DNA of 24,000 bases from Anaerolinea sp. (GCA_020725765.1 DYEI01000232.1:17014-41013), one strand, 5' to 3'. Shown: positions 8,076 through 16,245, counted from the first letter of the stretch. The notes: generated by a model from the letters alone, not told the origin. Numbers and translations are program-made.

Positions 8076-8285
8076 CTAGGTAGACGATCCGCCGCCGGAT
8101 GCCTTGGTCTTGATCGGTATGATCTGCCGGCCCCGATACATGCCGCAGTTCGGGCAGATGTGGTGAGGCCGATGCATCTCGTGGCACGCCGGGCAAGGAA
8201 CCAGGTGCACTGGCTGCAGAGCCATATGGCTCCGTCGGCGGGCCGAACGTCCTCTAGATAGCTTGCGCTTTGGTACTGCCGGCAT
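8076..8285 (-). CDS. rpmF: 50S ribosomal protein L32 (Zn-ribbon, C+ form)
   Basis: MPAVPKRKLSRGRSARRRSH is the L32 N-terminal signature. CPAC...CPNC are the four zinc ligands. Sits in the classic position after yceD. Confidence 0.95.
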   Translation of the reverse strand: MPAVPKRKLSRGRSARRRSHMALQPVHLVPCPACHEMHRPHHICPNCGMYRGRQIIPIKTKASGGGSST

Positions 8286-8357
8286 TCTACTCGACTGTTC
8301 CTTTCCTGTCTGGCACCGCAGAGCATATCGCGCGAGGGCAGGTGAGCCCGTGGCGCG

Positions 8358-8885
8358 TTATTCTTCGCCTTCCAGCAACTCGCGCAGGGCCGACCACCGT
8401 GGATCGCCTGTGGCGTCCCGGCAGCCACATGGCCCCTCGTTCAGGTTCTGCCCACAGATGGGGCAGAGCCCGGCGCACGCCTCGTCGCACAGCGGATACT
8501 GCTCTCGGTGTAAGACGATATACTGCCGCACGACCTCGGTGAGATCGAGCGTGTGGCGCGCATCGATGAGCAGAGCTTCGTCAATGTCGCCAGTCGGAAG
8601 CCTCGCCCCCGTCTGAATGTCTACGGTGGGCATGTACTCCTCTTCGAGCTCAAAGTCCACGGGACTGTTGAACTCTTCGGCGCAGCGCCGGCACTCGATA
8701 GTGACTACCGTGTGCAGCCTGCCCGTTGCCAGGATGCCGCTGGCGGTACGCGTGAGCTTGAGGTGGCCTGTCAGCGGCTCTATGGCTCTCACGTCCTCGT
8801 CGAGGTCGTGTAGCTCCTCATCGAGGTCGTACTCTCGGCGGGCCCCAACCGGCGCTTTTAGCAGTTGGGCAACATTGTACCTCAT
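8358..8885 (-). CDS. yceD: YceD/DUF177 family protein (large-subunit ribosome-associated, precedes rpmF)
   Basis: DUF177 features: acidic protein with a C-terminal Cys cluster CDEACAGLCPICGQNLNEGPCGC, immediately upstream of rpmF. Start chosen at ATG 8885 because GAGGA (8898-8894) lies 8 nt upstream. The track start at 8900 is a GTG overlapping that SD. Confidence 0.88.
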   Translation of the reverse strand: MRYNVAQLLKAPVGARREYDLDEELHDLDEDVRAIEPLTGHLKLTRTASGILATGRLHTVVTIECRRCAEEFNSPVDFELEEEYMPTVDIQTGARLPTGDIDEALLIDARHTLDLTEVVRQYIVLHREQYPLCDEACAGLCPICGQNLNEGPCGCRDATGDPRWSALRELLEGEE

Positions 8886-8945
8886 GGCCTGCATCCTCAC
8901 AGGGACCGCCGCGCAACACCGCCTGCTGCAGCCGGCGATTCCCCG

Positions 8946-8974
8946 ATTATAGACATCACCGGAGCCAATGTCAA
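8946..8974 (-). promoter_or_regulatory. Consensus sigma-70 promoter for yceD-rpmF(-fabDG...)
   Basis: The minus strand reads TTGACA (8974-8969), a 17-nt spacer, then TATAAT (8951-8946), both hexamers perfect. It lies in the 97-nt gap upstream of yceD. The implied 5' UTR is about 50 nt to ATG 8885. Confidence 0.65.
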
Positions 8975-8997
8975 AGAGCCATCGCCCTGTGTTTCCC

Positions 8998-9516
8998 CTA
9001 GCCCGTGCCCTCGGGGGACCTTGCTGTCGGGTTGGGCGAGGTGCCGTGCTCCTGTGTCGGGCGCCGACGCTGCTCGAGGGCCGCCAGGCCGTTGGCGACA
9101 GTCCGCTGCACGGCGGCGAGCTCGTCGCTCAAGCGCAGAAGCACCTCTCTGGCATAGTCGTCGGCCCCCTGTCGGATGGCCCTGGCCTGACGCTCCGCCT
9201 CGGCCAGGATGCGCTCAGCACCTTCCTGCGCCTGTCGTCGCAACTCGTGCTCGGCGACCAGCCGCGCCGCATCCTCCCGTGCCTTGCTGATGATCCTTGC
9301 TGCCTCCTCCTGCGCCTCGGCGATCACTTTTTCCCGCTCCTGCTGCAGGCGTCGCGCCTGCTTGATCTCCTCAGGGAGCGAGATGCGCATCTGGTCGATG
9401 ATGTCGAGGAACACCGTCTCGCTGACGACGACAGCCGACGAGAACGGGATGCGGCGCCCCTTCTCGATAAGGGCCTCAAGCCTGTCTACCAGACGCAGGA
9501 TGTCGATGGCCATCAC
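8998..9516 (-). CDS. Conserved coiled-coil protein (composition resembles ATP synthase b / V-ATPase G/H-like annotations)
   Basis: 172 aa. The N-terminus IDILRLVDRLEALIEKGRRIPFSS..VVVSE is followed by a long E/A/R/Q-rich heptad-like region. It starts 3-6 nt after the recG stop (GTG 9516 or ATG 9513). I recognise no enzymatic motif. Confidence 0.75.
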   Translation of the reverse strand: MMAIDILRLVDRLEALIEKGRRIPFSSAVVVSETVFLDIIDQMRISLPEEIKQARRLQQEREKVIAEAQEEAARIISKAREDAARLVAEHELRRQAQEGAERILAEAERQARAIRQGADDYAREVLLRLSDELAAVQRTVANGLAALEQRRRPTQEHGTSPNPTARSPEGTG

Positions 9517-9519
9517 CCC

Positions 9520-11970
9520 CTAGTTCGGCTCAGCTTCCTCGCTCCAGAAGCTCAAGACCCTCTCCCGGAGGGCGGCATGGGCCGGCTGTGCGAGGTCGGG
9601 ATCGGACTCGAAAAGCGCGCGCGCCACTCGCCGCGCGTCCTCCAGGATGCGGCCGTCGGAAAGCGTGGCCACCTTGAGATCGGGCAACCCGCTCTGGCGG
9701 GTGCCAAAGAACTCGCCCGGGCCGCGAAGGCGCAGGTCCTCCTCGGCGAGTGCAAAGCCGTCGTGCGTCCTGGCGACGATGGCCAGGCGGTCCATGGCCT
9801 CCTGCGCTGACGAGTCGGAGATGAGCAGGCAGTAGGACTGGGCCTCGCCCCGGCCGACGCGCCCACGGAACTGGTGCAGCTGGGCCAGGCCGAAGCGGTT
9901 GGCCCCCTCGATCAACATGACTGTCGCGTTGGGGACGTCAATGCCTACCTCGACCACTGCCGTGGACACGAGTATGTCGTACTCGCCATTGCGGAAGGCA
10001 CCCATCACGGCGTCCTTCTCGTCCGCCTTCATGCGGCCGTGGAGCAGCGCCAATCGCAGGTCGGGGAACACTTCCTCCTGCAACCGCTCGTACTCCTCGG
10101 TCGCCGCCTTGGCCTCCATCTTGTCCGTCTCCTCGATCAGCGGGCATATGATGAAGGCCTGGTGCCCCTTCTCGACCTGCGCGCGCACAAACTGATAGGC
10201 TCGCTCGCGCTCGCGCGGTGCGATCAGGTGCGTGATGACCCGCTGACGATTGGGCGGGAGCTCGTCGATGACCGACAGGTCCAGGTCCCCATAGATCGTG
10301 AGGGCAAGGGTGCGGGGGATGGGCGTTGCCGTCATCACCAGGAGGTGTGGGACGACCTCCGAGTCTCCCTTCTGGCGGAGGCTGGCCCTCTGCTGGACGC
10401 CGAAACGATGCTGCTCGTCCACGATCACCAGGCCGAGTTGGCGGAACTGCACTGCCTCCTGAATCAAGGCGTGGGTTCCGACCACGATATCCAGCTCGCC
10501 GGCCGCGATTGCCTCGCGTATCTCGGCCTTCTCGCGGGCGCGCAGGCTGCCAGTGAGCAGGGCCACGCGGACGGGCTCTTCCCGGCCGCCATCTCGAGCC
10601 AGTGTCAGCTCGTCGATCAGGCGGCAGATAGTTTCGAAATGCTGGGTGGCCAGGATCTCCGTCGGTGCCATCAGGGCTGCCTGCTGTCCGCTCGCGACTA
10701 CCTGGAGCATGGCGGCGACGGCGACCACGGTTTTGCCCGAGCCCACATCGCCCTGTAGCAGGCGGCTCATGGGCGTGGCTTTGGCCAGATCGGCGGAGAT
10801 CTGCTGCCAGGCCCGCTCCTGTGCAGCAGTGAGGCGGAAGGGCAGCCCCGCGAAGAACTGCTCCACAGCCGGGCTCGGAGGGGCGGGCCGGCCGGAGCGG
10901 CTGCGCCAGGCATGTCGCTTGCGGAGCACGCCAAGCTGCACGAGGAGGAACTCTTCGAAGCAGAGCCGGCGGCGCGCCTGGTCGATCTCGGCCTGGTGGC
11001 GTGGAAAGTGCACCGCCCGCAGCGCCGACGCCAGGTCCAGCAACCCCTCCTGGCTGCGCAGGGCAGCGGGAAGAGGATCAGCTACCTGGCTCACGTACCC
11101 GTCAAGCGTCGTCTTGATGAGCCGGCGGAGCCACCGGTCGCTGATTCCCTCAGTCAGCGGGTAGACCGGCACCAGCCGGCCGGTGTGCAGTTGCTCGCGC
11201 TCGAGGGGCTCCCATGTTGGCGACTGGAAGGTCAGCCGGCCGAGGTACTCCTCAACGCGGCCGCTGAGTACGATCTCGCGGCCTGGCCGGAGGCGACTCG
11301 CCAGATAGGGCTGGTTGAACCAGGTGACCTCGATGGTGCCGCTGCGGTCGGCGACGATGCAGGTGGTGATGTGCAGGCCGTTGCGGGCCTGGCGGGTCTT
11401 GGTGTCCCACACTGTGCCGACGAGGGTTACCTCCTCGCCATAGCGGAGCTGGTCGATGCGCTTGAGCCGGGAGTAGTCGTCGTAGCGCCGCGGCAGGTGG
11501 AAGAGCAGATCACGCACCGTGCGGATGTTCAGGCGCTCCAGGCGCCTTGCGTAGGTGGCGCTCACCCCCGCGAGGCTGGTGACAGGCTGCTCCAGGGAAG
11601 GCGGCGGGGCGCTCTTGGAGGCGGCGGCGGGCTGGCTTTGGCTGTGGGGTTCCGGTGGCTGCTCCCGCAAGGGCTGCTCCGAGGCTGGTGCAGCCACTGA
11701 GACGCAGAGCTCCTGTGCCCTGGCCAGGGCCTGCAGGGCCTGGGCAACGGCCTGCGCCCGGCTTGTGCGCTCCTGCTGGCCATAGCCTTCGAGGAGAGAG
11801 GCGATGGTGTGCACCAGCTCCGAGAGCTCGGCACTCTGGGCGGCACTCTGAGCCTCTCTTATCCAGAAGGGAAGGAACTTGCCCAGGCCTCCGATCACAA
11901 CCCGGTCCGGGCATCCCTGCTCCCGCTCCATGGTAAGGATGCGAGCCAGCTTGTCAAAGGTCGATCTCAT
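9520..11970 (-). CDS. recG: ATP-dependent DNA helicase RecG with a ~130-aa N-terminal extension
   Basis: SF2 helicase motifs: GDVGSGKT (Walker A), VIVDEQHRFG (DEQH), MTATPIPRT, and the GRVGRG-type motif VI. The RecG wedge-domain region includes LPRRY. Start set at ATG 11970, with AAGGA 10 nt upstream. The track start at 12021 is a TTG overlapping the upstream DegV stop. Confidence 0.93.
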   Translation of the reverse strand: MRSTFDKLARILTMEREQGCPDRVVIGGLGKFLPFWIREAQSAAQSAELSELVHTIASLLEGYGQQERTSRAQAVAQALQALARAQELCVSVAAPASEQPLREQPPEPHSQSQPAAASKSAPPPSLEQPVTSLAGVSATYARRLERLNIRTVRDLLFHLPRRYDDYSRLKRIDQLRYGEEVTLVGTVWDTKTRQARNGLHITTCIVADRSGTIEVTWFNQPYLASRLRPGREIVLSGRVEEYLGRLTFQSPTWEPLEREQLHTGRLVPVYPLTEGISDRWLRRLIKTTLDGYVSQVADPLPAALRSQEGLLDLASALRAVHFPRHQAEIDQARRRLCFEEFLLVQLGVLRKRHAWRSRSGRPAPPSPAVEQFFAGLPFRLTAAQERAWQQISADLAKATPMSRLLQGDVGSGKTVVAVAAMLQVVASGQQAALMAPTEILATQHFETICRLIDELTLARDGGREEPVRVALLTGSLRAREKAEIREAIAAGELDIVVGTHALIQEAVQFRQLGLVIVDEQHRFGVQQRASLRQKGDSEVVPHLLVMTATPIPRTLALTIYGDLDLSVIDELPPNRQRVITHLIAPRERERAYQFVRAQVEKGHQAFIICPLIEETDKMEAKAATEEYERLQEEVFPDLRLALLHGRMKADEKDAVMGAFRNGEYDILVSTAVVEVGIDVPNATVMLIEGANRFGLAQLHQFRGRVGRGEAQSYCLLISDSSAQEAMDRLAIVARTHDGFALAEEDLRLRGPGEFFGTRQSGLPDLKVATLSDGRILEDARRVARALFESDPDLAQPAHAALRERVLSFWSEEAEPN

Positions 11971-12017
11971 GAACGCACAATCCTTAGAAAGAGCCGTGGA
12001 GGCCGCGGCGAGCCGCC

Positions 12018-12866
12018 TCAAAGGGTGCCAGAGTACAGGCAGGCAAGGCCGGCGGCGCCGGGGCCCGCGTGGGCCGTAATGACTGCGCCTGCCTCGCCAA
12101 GCACCATCTGCTCGCGGGGGAGGAAATCCTGCAGGCGCTCTTCAAGATACTGTGCCGCCTGCGGTGCGCCCGCGTGGAGGATGGCCACATGCTCCAGCCT
12201 GCCCGCCTCTGTCGCCAGAGCGATCAGGCGGTCCAGGCCGCGGCCAAAAGAGCGCACCTTTTCCGCCAGCACAACCTCCCCCTCGCTGACGATGGCGATC
12301 GGCTTGATCGCCAGCAGATTGCCCAGCAGGCTCCTTGCCCAACTCACCCGGCCGCTCCGCTGCAAGAAGTGCAGATCATCGATCAGAGCGTAGAGGCGCA
12401 GCCGCGGCAGCATGTCCTGTATGAGCTGCAGGATGTCGGTACGAGACCGCCCCTCCCTGGCCGCCTCGGCGGCGTGCACGGCCACCCAGCCCGAGCACAT
12501 GGTGACCTGCCGCGTGTCTATCACGCTGATCCTCTCCGGATCCACCTCCCGCGCAGCCATGCAGGCGGTGCTGTACACGCCGCTGAGCCGAGAGGCGAGG
12601 TGGATCGAGACAATCGGCCTCCCATCGCGCAGCAGACGCTGATAGACCTCGGCAAAGACGCCAACGGCCGGCTGCGAGGTCGTGGCCCGCTCGCCGCTTC
12701 GCAGGCGCCGGTAGAGCTCGTGGCGTGCGATGTCCATGCCTTCGCGGAAGGTCTCGCTGCCAAAGTGAATCTGGCACGGAATGACTGTGATGTCAAGGCG
12801 GCGGGCTAGCTCGGGCGGCAGGTCGGAGGTGCTATCGGTGACGATGTGGAGTGCGCTGCTATTCAT
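12018..12866 (-). CDS. DegV family fatty-acid-binding protein (FakB-like), copy 2
   Basis: 282 aa. N-terminal IVTDSTSDLP...I.VIP, SQP, and LSS/SR.SG.Y motifs typical of DegV. ATGA overlap with the upstream DegV paralog. Confidence 0.92.
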   Translation of the reverse strand: MNSSALHIVTDSTSDLPPELARRLDITVIPCQIHFGSETFREGMDIARHELYRRLRSGERATTSQPAVGVFAEVYQRLLRDGRPIVSIHLASRLSGVYSTACMAAREVDPERISVIDTRQVTMCSGWVAVHAAEAAREGRSRTDILQLIQDMLPRLRLYALIDDLHFLQRSGRVSWARSLLGNLLAIKPIAIVSEGEVVLAEKVRSFGRGLDRLIALATEAGRLEHVAILHAGAPQAAQYLEERLQDFLPREQMVLGEAGAVITAHAGPGAAGLACLYSGTL

Positions 12867-13708
12867 CCCATGCCCTCGTAGACGGCCACTCCGAGTGCCG
12901 AGTTACCCACATAGGTGGCGACGGAGGCCGGGTAGAAAGCTGTCTCTACCTCCTGCTCGGGCATCTCCTCGTTGATCAGCGTCGCGAGCTCGATGCTCTC
13001 CGGCATGGGTTTGCCCTGGAGAATAGCGAGGCGCTCCACACGCGGAAACTCGACCACGAACTGGAAGAGCCGCTCGACTGCGCCGCCCCGTGCCCTGGAG
13101 CGCTCCAGCACCGCGATCTCGCCCTCCTCGATCACCAGCAATGGCTTGACAGAAGGCGAGACCGGCGTGATCGACGGCGCACGCGGACCGAGGCCGCTCC
13201 GCTCCAACTGCTCCAGGCTCTCAACGAAAAAGGCCACGTACATGTGCGGAATCATGGCACGGACGAGGCGCACGACCTCTCGCGTATCGACGCCCGCAGC
13301 GACCGCTTCTGCCGCGGCCTTTGCGAGCCAGGCAAGGGGCGTGGCCACGAGCCGTGAATCCACAAGGGTCACGCGTGTCCGCCCAAGGAACGTCTGTGCG
13401 GCCTGCCGGGCCACTCCGAGGGTCCTTCCGAGCCGCGAGGACAGATGTATGCCGATGATCTCCTCCGATTCCTTGCCAAGCTGGCGGAACAGATCGTGGA
13501 ACTCGCGCAGCGAAGGGGGAGAGGTGGTCGGCACGATCGTGTCGCTGCTCACCAGCTGGTAGAACTCGGAGAGTGAGAGATCGATGCCCTCGTGATAGGT
13601 ACGGCCGCCAATCTCGATGTGGATGGGTATCACATGAATACCGAACCTGCTGGCCTCTTCAGGGGTCAGGCCAGAGGCGCTATCCGTAACAATACTCGTG
13701 CGCCCCAT
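12863..13708 (-). CDS. DegV family fatty-acid-binding protein (FakB-like), copy 1
   Basis: 281 aa. IVTDSASGLTPEEA..FGIHVIPIHI, TTSPPS, and IHLSSRLGRT. AAGGAG SD upstream of ATG 13708. Confidence 0.92.
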   Translation of the reverse strand: MGRTSIVTDSASGLTPEEASRFGIHVIPIHIEIGGRTYHEGIDLSLSEFYQLVSSDTIVPTTSPPSLREFHDLFRQLGKESEEIIGIHLSSRLGRTLGVARQAAQTFLGRTRVTLVDSRLVATPLAWLAKAAAEAVAAGVDTREVVRLVRAMIPHMYVAFFVESLEQLERSGLGPRAPSITPVSPSVKPLLVIEEGEIAVLERSRARGGAVERLFQFVVEFPRVERLAILQGKPMPESIELATLINEEMPEQEVETAFYPASVATYVGNSALGVAVYEGMG

Positions 13709-13742
13709 GGGTCAGAATACTCCTTTGGGCAGCCGGCTCACG

Positions 13743-15473
13743 CTACTCCGCAGACACGATGTACTTGTAGTGGGGCTGTCCTCCGTCGATCAGCTCCACA
13801 TCCTGAGCCGGGAAGCGCTGCTTGATGCTCGCGGCGAACGCATCAGCCTCGGACCGGGCCGAGTCTGCGCCATAGTAGATGGTGATGACCTCCATCCTTT
13901 CGGCGTGTATCCGCTCCAGAATGCTGATCGCGACCTCTGCACAGTCCTGCCCTGTTGCGCAGAGCTCGTCGTTCAACAGGCCGATCACGTCGCCCTGGGC
14001 GACGCCGAGCCCGTTCACCCGCGCAGCTCGCACCGCGTGGGTGATCTCGATCGTCTGGACGGTGCTGGCGGCCTCCTCCATGGCGCGCAGGTTGGCGTCC
14101 AGATCGGCCTGGTAGTTCAGGGCCAGCAGGGCGCTGATCCCCTGTGGGATCGTCCGGGTCGGCACGACGGCTACCTGACGGGCGCCATCGCTTCGGCTCT
14201 CGGCGAGGCTCTTGGCCTGCTGGGCGGCCAGTATCACATTGGCGTTGTTGGGCAGCACGATGACCTGCTCATTGGGCAGCGAGGCGATGGCGCTGAGCAG
14301 CTCCTCGGTGCTGGGGTTCATCGTCTGGCCGCCGGACACAACGGCGCTGACACCGAGGCTCTCGAACACACGCTGGAGCCCGACGCCCGGCACTACTGCG
14401 ACGATACCGATGCCCGCCGGTGCAGGCACGGTCGCTGCGGGGCGGGCCATACGCGACATGTAGGCTTCGTGCTGCAGCTGCATGTTCTCGACGACGACAT
14501 CCTCGAGGATGGCCAGAGAGCAGCCGTAGTCGATGATCTGGCCCGGCCGCTGCGAGTGCACATGCACCTTGATCGTCTCTTCGTCACCGACGACGAGCAC
14601 GGAGTCACCCATGGTCGAGATCGCCTCGCGGATGGCCTCGACATCCATGCCCCTGCCGCGCATGATGAACTGCACGTCGTATCCATACTCTCCGGAGGGG
14701 ACCTCGACCTTCACCCTCCCCGCTTCCGTCGTCGTCACACCCGCCTCCAGTACCATCTCCCCGGCCAGGAAGCGCTGCGCGCCCTGAAGCAGGAGCACCA
14801 GTCCCTGGCCACCGGCGTCGACGACGCCGGCCTCTCTGAGCACCGGTAGCAAGCTCGGCGTCCGGGCGAGGGAGCGCTCTGCCTCCTCGGTGGCCCGCCG
14901 GAGGACCGTCTCGATGTCGTGGCCGTCCTGGGCGGCCGCCTCGAGCGCGGCCTCGGCTGACTCGCGGATCACGGTCAGCATAGTGCCCTCGACGGGCCGC
15001 AGCACACCTTTGTACGCTGTCGCGGCGCCCTCCTTGAGGGCCCGGGCAAGGTCCGCGCCATCGAAGGCATCCTTCTTATCCAGAGCACGAGCAATGCCAC
15101 GCAGTATCTGCGAGAGGATGACGCCCGAGTTGCCGCGTGCTCCCATAAGCGCGCCGTGCGCCACTGCCTGGAGGATCTCTCCGGCCGAGTCGCCCTGCAC
15201 GTGCGAGGCCTCTTCCAGGGCGGCTCGGACGGTGAGCTGCATGTTCGTGCCGGTGTCTCCGTCCGGCACGGGGTATACATTCAGTGAGTTCACCAGGTCG
15301 GTGTGCGCCTCAAGCCACCGCGCGCTGGACTGGAGCGCCAGCCTCAGGGTGCGCCCGGAGCAGCGCTGGCTGCGGTCGTGCCTGTCAGAGGCCTGTTCGG
15401 TCATGCCGGGTGAGGGGTGTTCGGGTGCCAATCGCTGGAGTACCTCCTGGCCTGCCTGAGAGTAACCGGTCAA
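13743..15473 (-). CDS. yloV: DAK2 domain fusion protein YloV (fatty acid kinase FakA-like)
   Basis: 576 aa. LNVYPVPDGDTGTNM and GARGNSGVILSQ are Dak2 phosphatase-domain motifs, and the C-terminal half is YloV-type. The start is uncertain. The track start at 15473 is a TTG in a TTGA overlap with the Asp23 stop. An in-frame ATG at 15404 is the alternative. Confidence 0.9.
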   Translation of the reverse strand: MTGYSQAGQEVLQRLAPEHPSPGMTEQASDRHDRSQRCSGRTLRLALQSSARWLEAHTDLVNSLNVYPVPDGDTGTNMQLTVRAALEEASHVQGDSAGEILQAVAHGALMGARGNSGVILSQILRGIARALDKKDAFDGADLARALKEGAATAYKGVLRPVEGTMLTVIRESAEAALEAAAQDGHDIETVLRRATEEAERSLARTPSLLPVLREAGVVDAGGQGLVLLLQGAQRFLAGEMVLEAGVTTTEAGRVKVEVPSGEYGYDVQFIMRGRGMDVEAIREAISTMGDSVLVVGDEETIKVHVHSQRPGQIIDYGCSLAILEDVVVENMQLQHEAYMSRMARPAATVPAPAGIGIVAVVPGVGLQRVFESLGVSAVVSGGQTMNPSTEELLSAIASLPNEQVIVLPNNANVILAAQQAKSLAESRSDGARQVAVVPTRTIPQGISALLALNYQADLDANLRAMEEAASTVQTIEITHAVRAARVNGLGVAQGDVIGLLNDELCATGQDCAEVAISILERIHAERMEVITIYYGADSARSEADAFAASIKQRFPAQDVELIDGGQPHYKYIVSAE

Positions 15474-15826
15474 GTGTTGGAGACTCGCAGGTCCTGCACG
15501 TGCACATTCACTTCCTGGATCGGCCTGCCGAGGGCGCGCTCGAGCCGGAACTTGACCGTCTCCATGATATTGTGTGCTACTTCTGAGATACGGGTGCCAT
15601 ACTCGATGACGACGTAGAGGTCCACCACGATCGCGCCATCGCGCAGCCGAACCTCAACGCCACGGTGTGTCGCGTCGCGCTGCAGGATCTCAACGAGGCC
15701 ATCCCTCAGGGTGCCGGCAGCCGCCAGCCCCACCACGCCATAACAGCCGAGGACCGCCTCGCTCGCGAGGCTGGCCACGGCCAGGGGAGAGACCTCTATC
15801 TTTCCCAGGTAGCTCTCGGTCGCCAT
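15470..15826 (-). CDS. Asp23/Gls24 family protein (YloU-like)
   Basis: 118 aa. GKIEVSPLAVASLASEAV..CYGVVG, V.VDLYVVIEYG..I.EVA.NI and V.VHVQD. GAGGTGA SD. Sits in the canonical position divergent from rpmB and upstream of yloV. Confidence 0.9.
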   Translation of the reverse strand: MATESYLGKIEVSPLAVASLASEAVLGCYGVVGLAAAGTLRDGLVEILQRDATHRGVEVRLRDGAIVVDLYVVIEYGTRISEVAHNIMETVKFRLERALGRPIQEVNVHVQDLRVSNT

Positions 15827-15864
15827 ACGCTCACCTCATGTGGTGGGTCGCCGCTCCAAGCCGT

Positions 15865-15893
15865 TTGCACAAACGCTTCGCTCATGGTAGAAT
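15865..15893 (+). promoter_or_regulatory. Sigma-70 promoter (extended -10) for rpmB
   Basis: TTGCAC (15865-15870), a 17-nt spacer, then TGgTAGAAT (-10 at 15888-15893). The following leader has a 6-bp hairpin CTGGCG (15904-15909) / CGCCAG (15918-15923) and SD GAGGGGG. Confidence 0.6.
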
Positions 15894-15954
15894 GTTGGAC
15901 TTGCTGGCGCTCTGTACCGCCAGATGATCCGTTGCTCACCATGAGGGGGTTACG

Positions 15955-16143
15955 ATGGCGCATCGATGTGCCCTCTGTGGCAAGGCTCGGCCACAGTTCG
16001 GGAACAATGTCAGCTTTTCACAGCGCCACACCAAGCGGCGCTGGAAGCCAAACATCCAGCACGTGACCATTCGCCGCGGAGACCGCCTAGTCCGGGCAAA
16101 GGTCTGCACGCGCTGTCTGCGCACGCTGGCGAAGGCGGGCTGA
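15955..16143 (+). CDS. rpmB: 50S ribosomal protein L28 (Zn-ribbon, C+ form)
   Basis: 62 aa. CALCGK....GNNVSFS.R.TKRRW.PN is the L28 signature. A second Cys pair is CTRC. Confidence 0.95.
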   Translation: MAHRCALCGKARPQFGNNVSFSQRHTKRRWKPNIQHVTIRRGDRLVRAKVCTRCLRTLAKAG

Positions 16144-16221
16144 TTCTCCGCCCGCGAGGGGCCCGGCCCGTGGTTACCTGCCAGAGCACGGGGCGGGCTC
16201 CCACGATGGCCTTCCGACTGG

Positions 16222-16245
16222 GGCCGGCTTGAGCGAGAGCCGGCC
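16222..16245. terminator. Candidate hairpin between the convergent rpmB and rpe genes
   Basis: 8-bp stem GGCCGGCT (16222-16229) / AGCCGGCC (16238-16245) with an 8-nt loop. There is no convincing U-tract on either strand, so terminator function is uncertain. Confidence 0.3.

Noticed and set aside
11971-12017. Possible weak terminator or attenuator between DegV copy 2 and recG (GCCG...CGGC stem followed by TCTTTCT on the minus strand)
   Set aside because: The stem is only 4 bp and the loop is large. The T-rich run overlaps the AAGGA SD region of recG. Evidence is insufficient.
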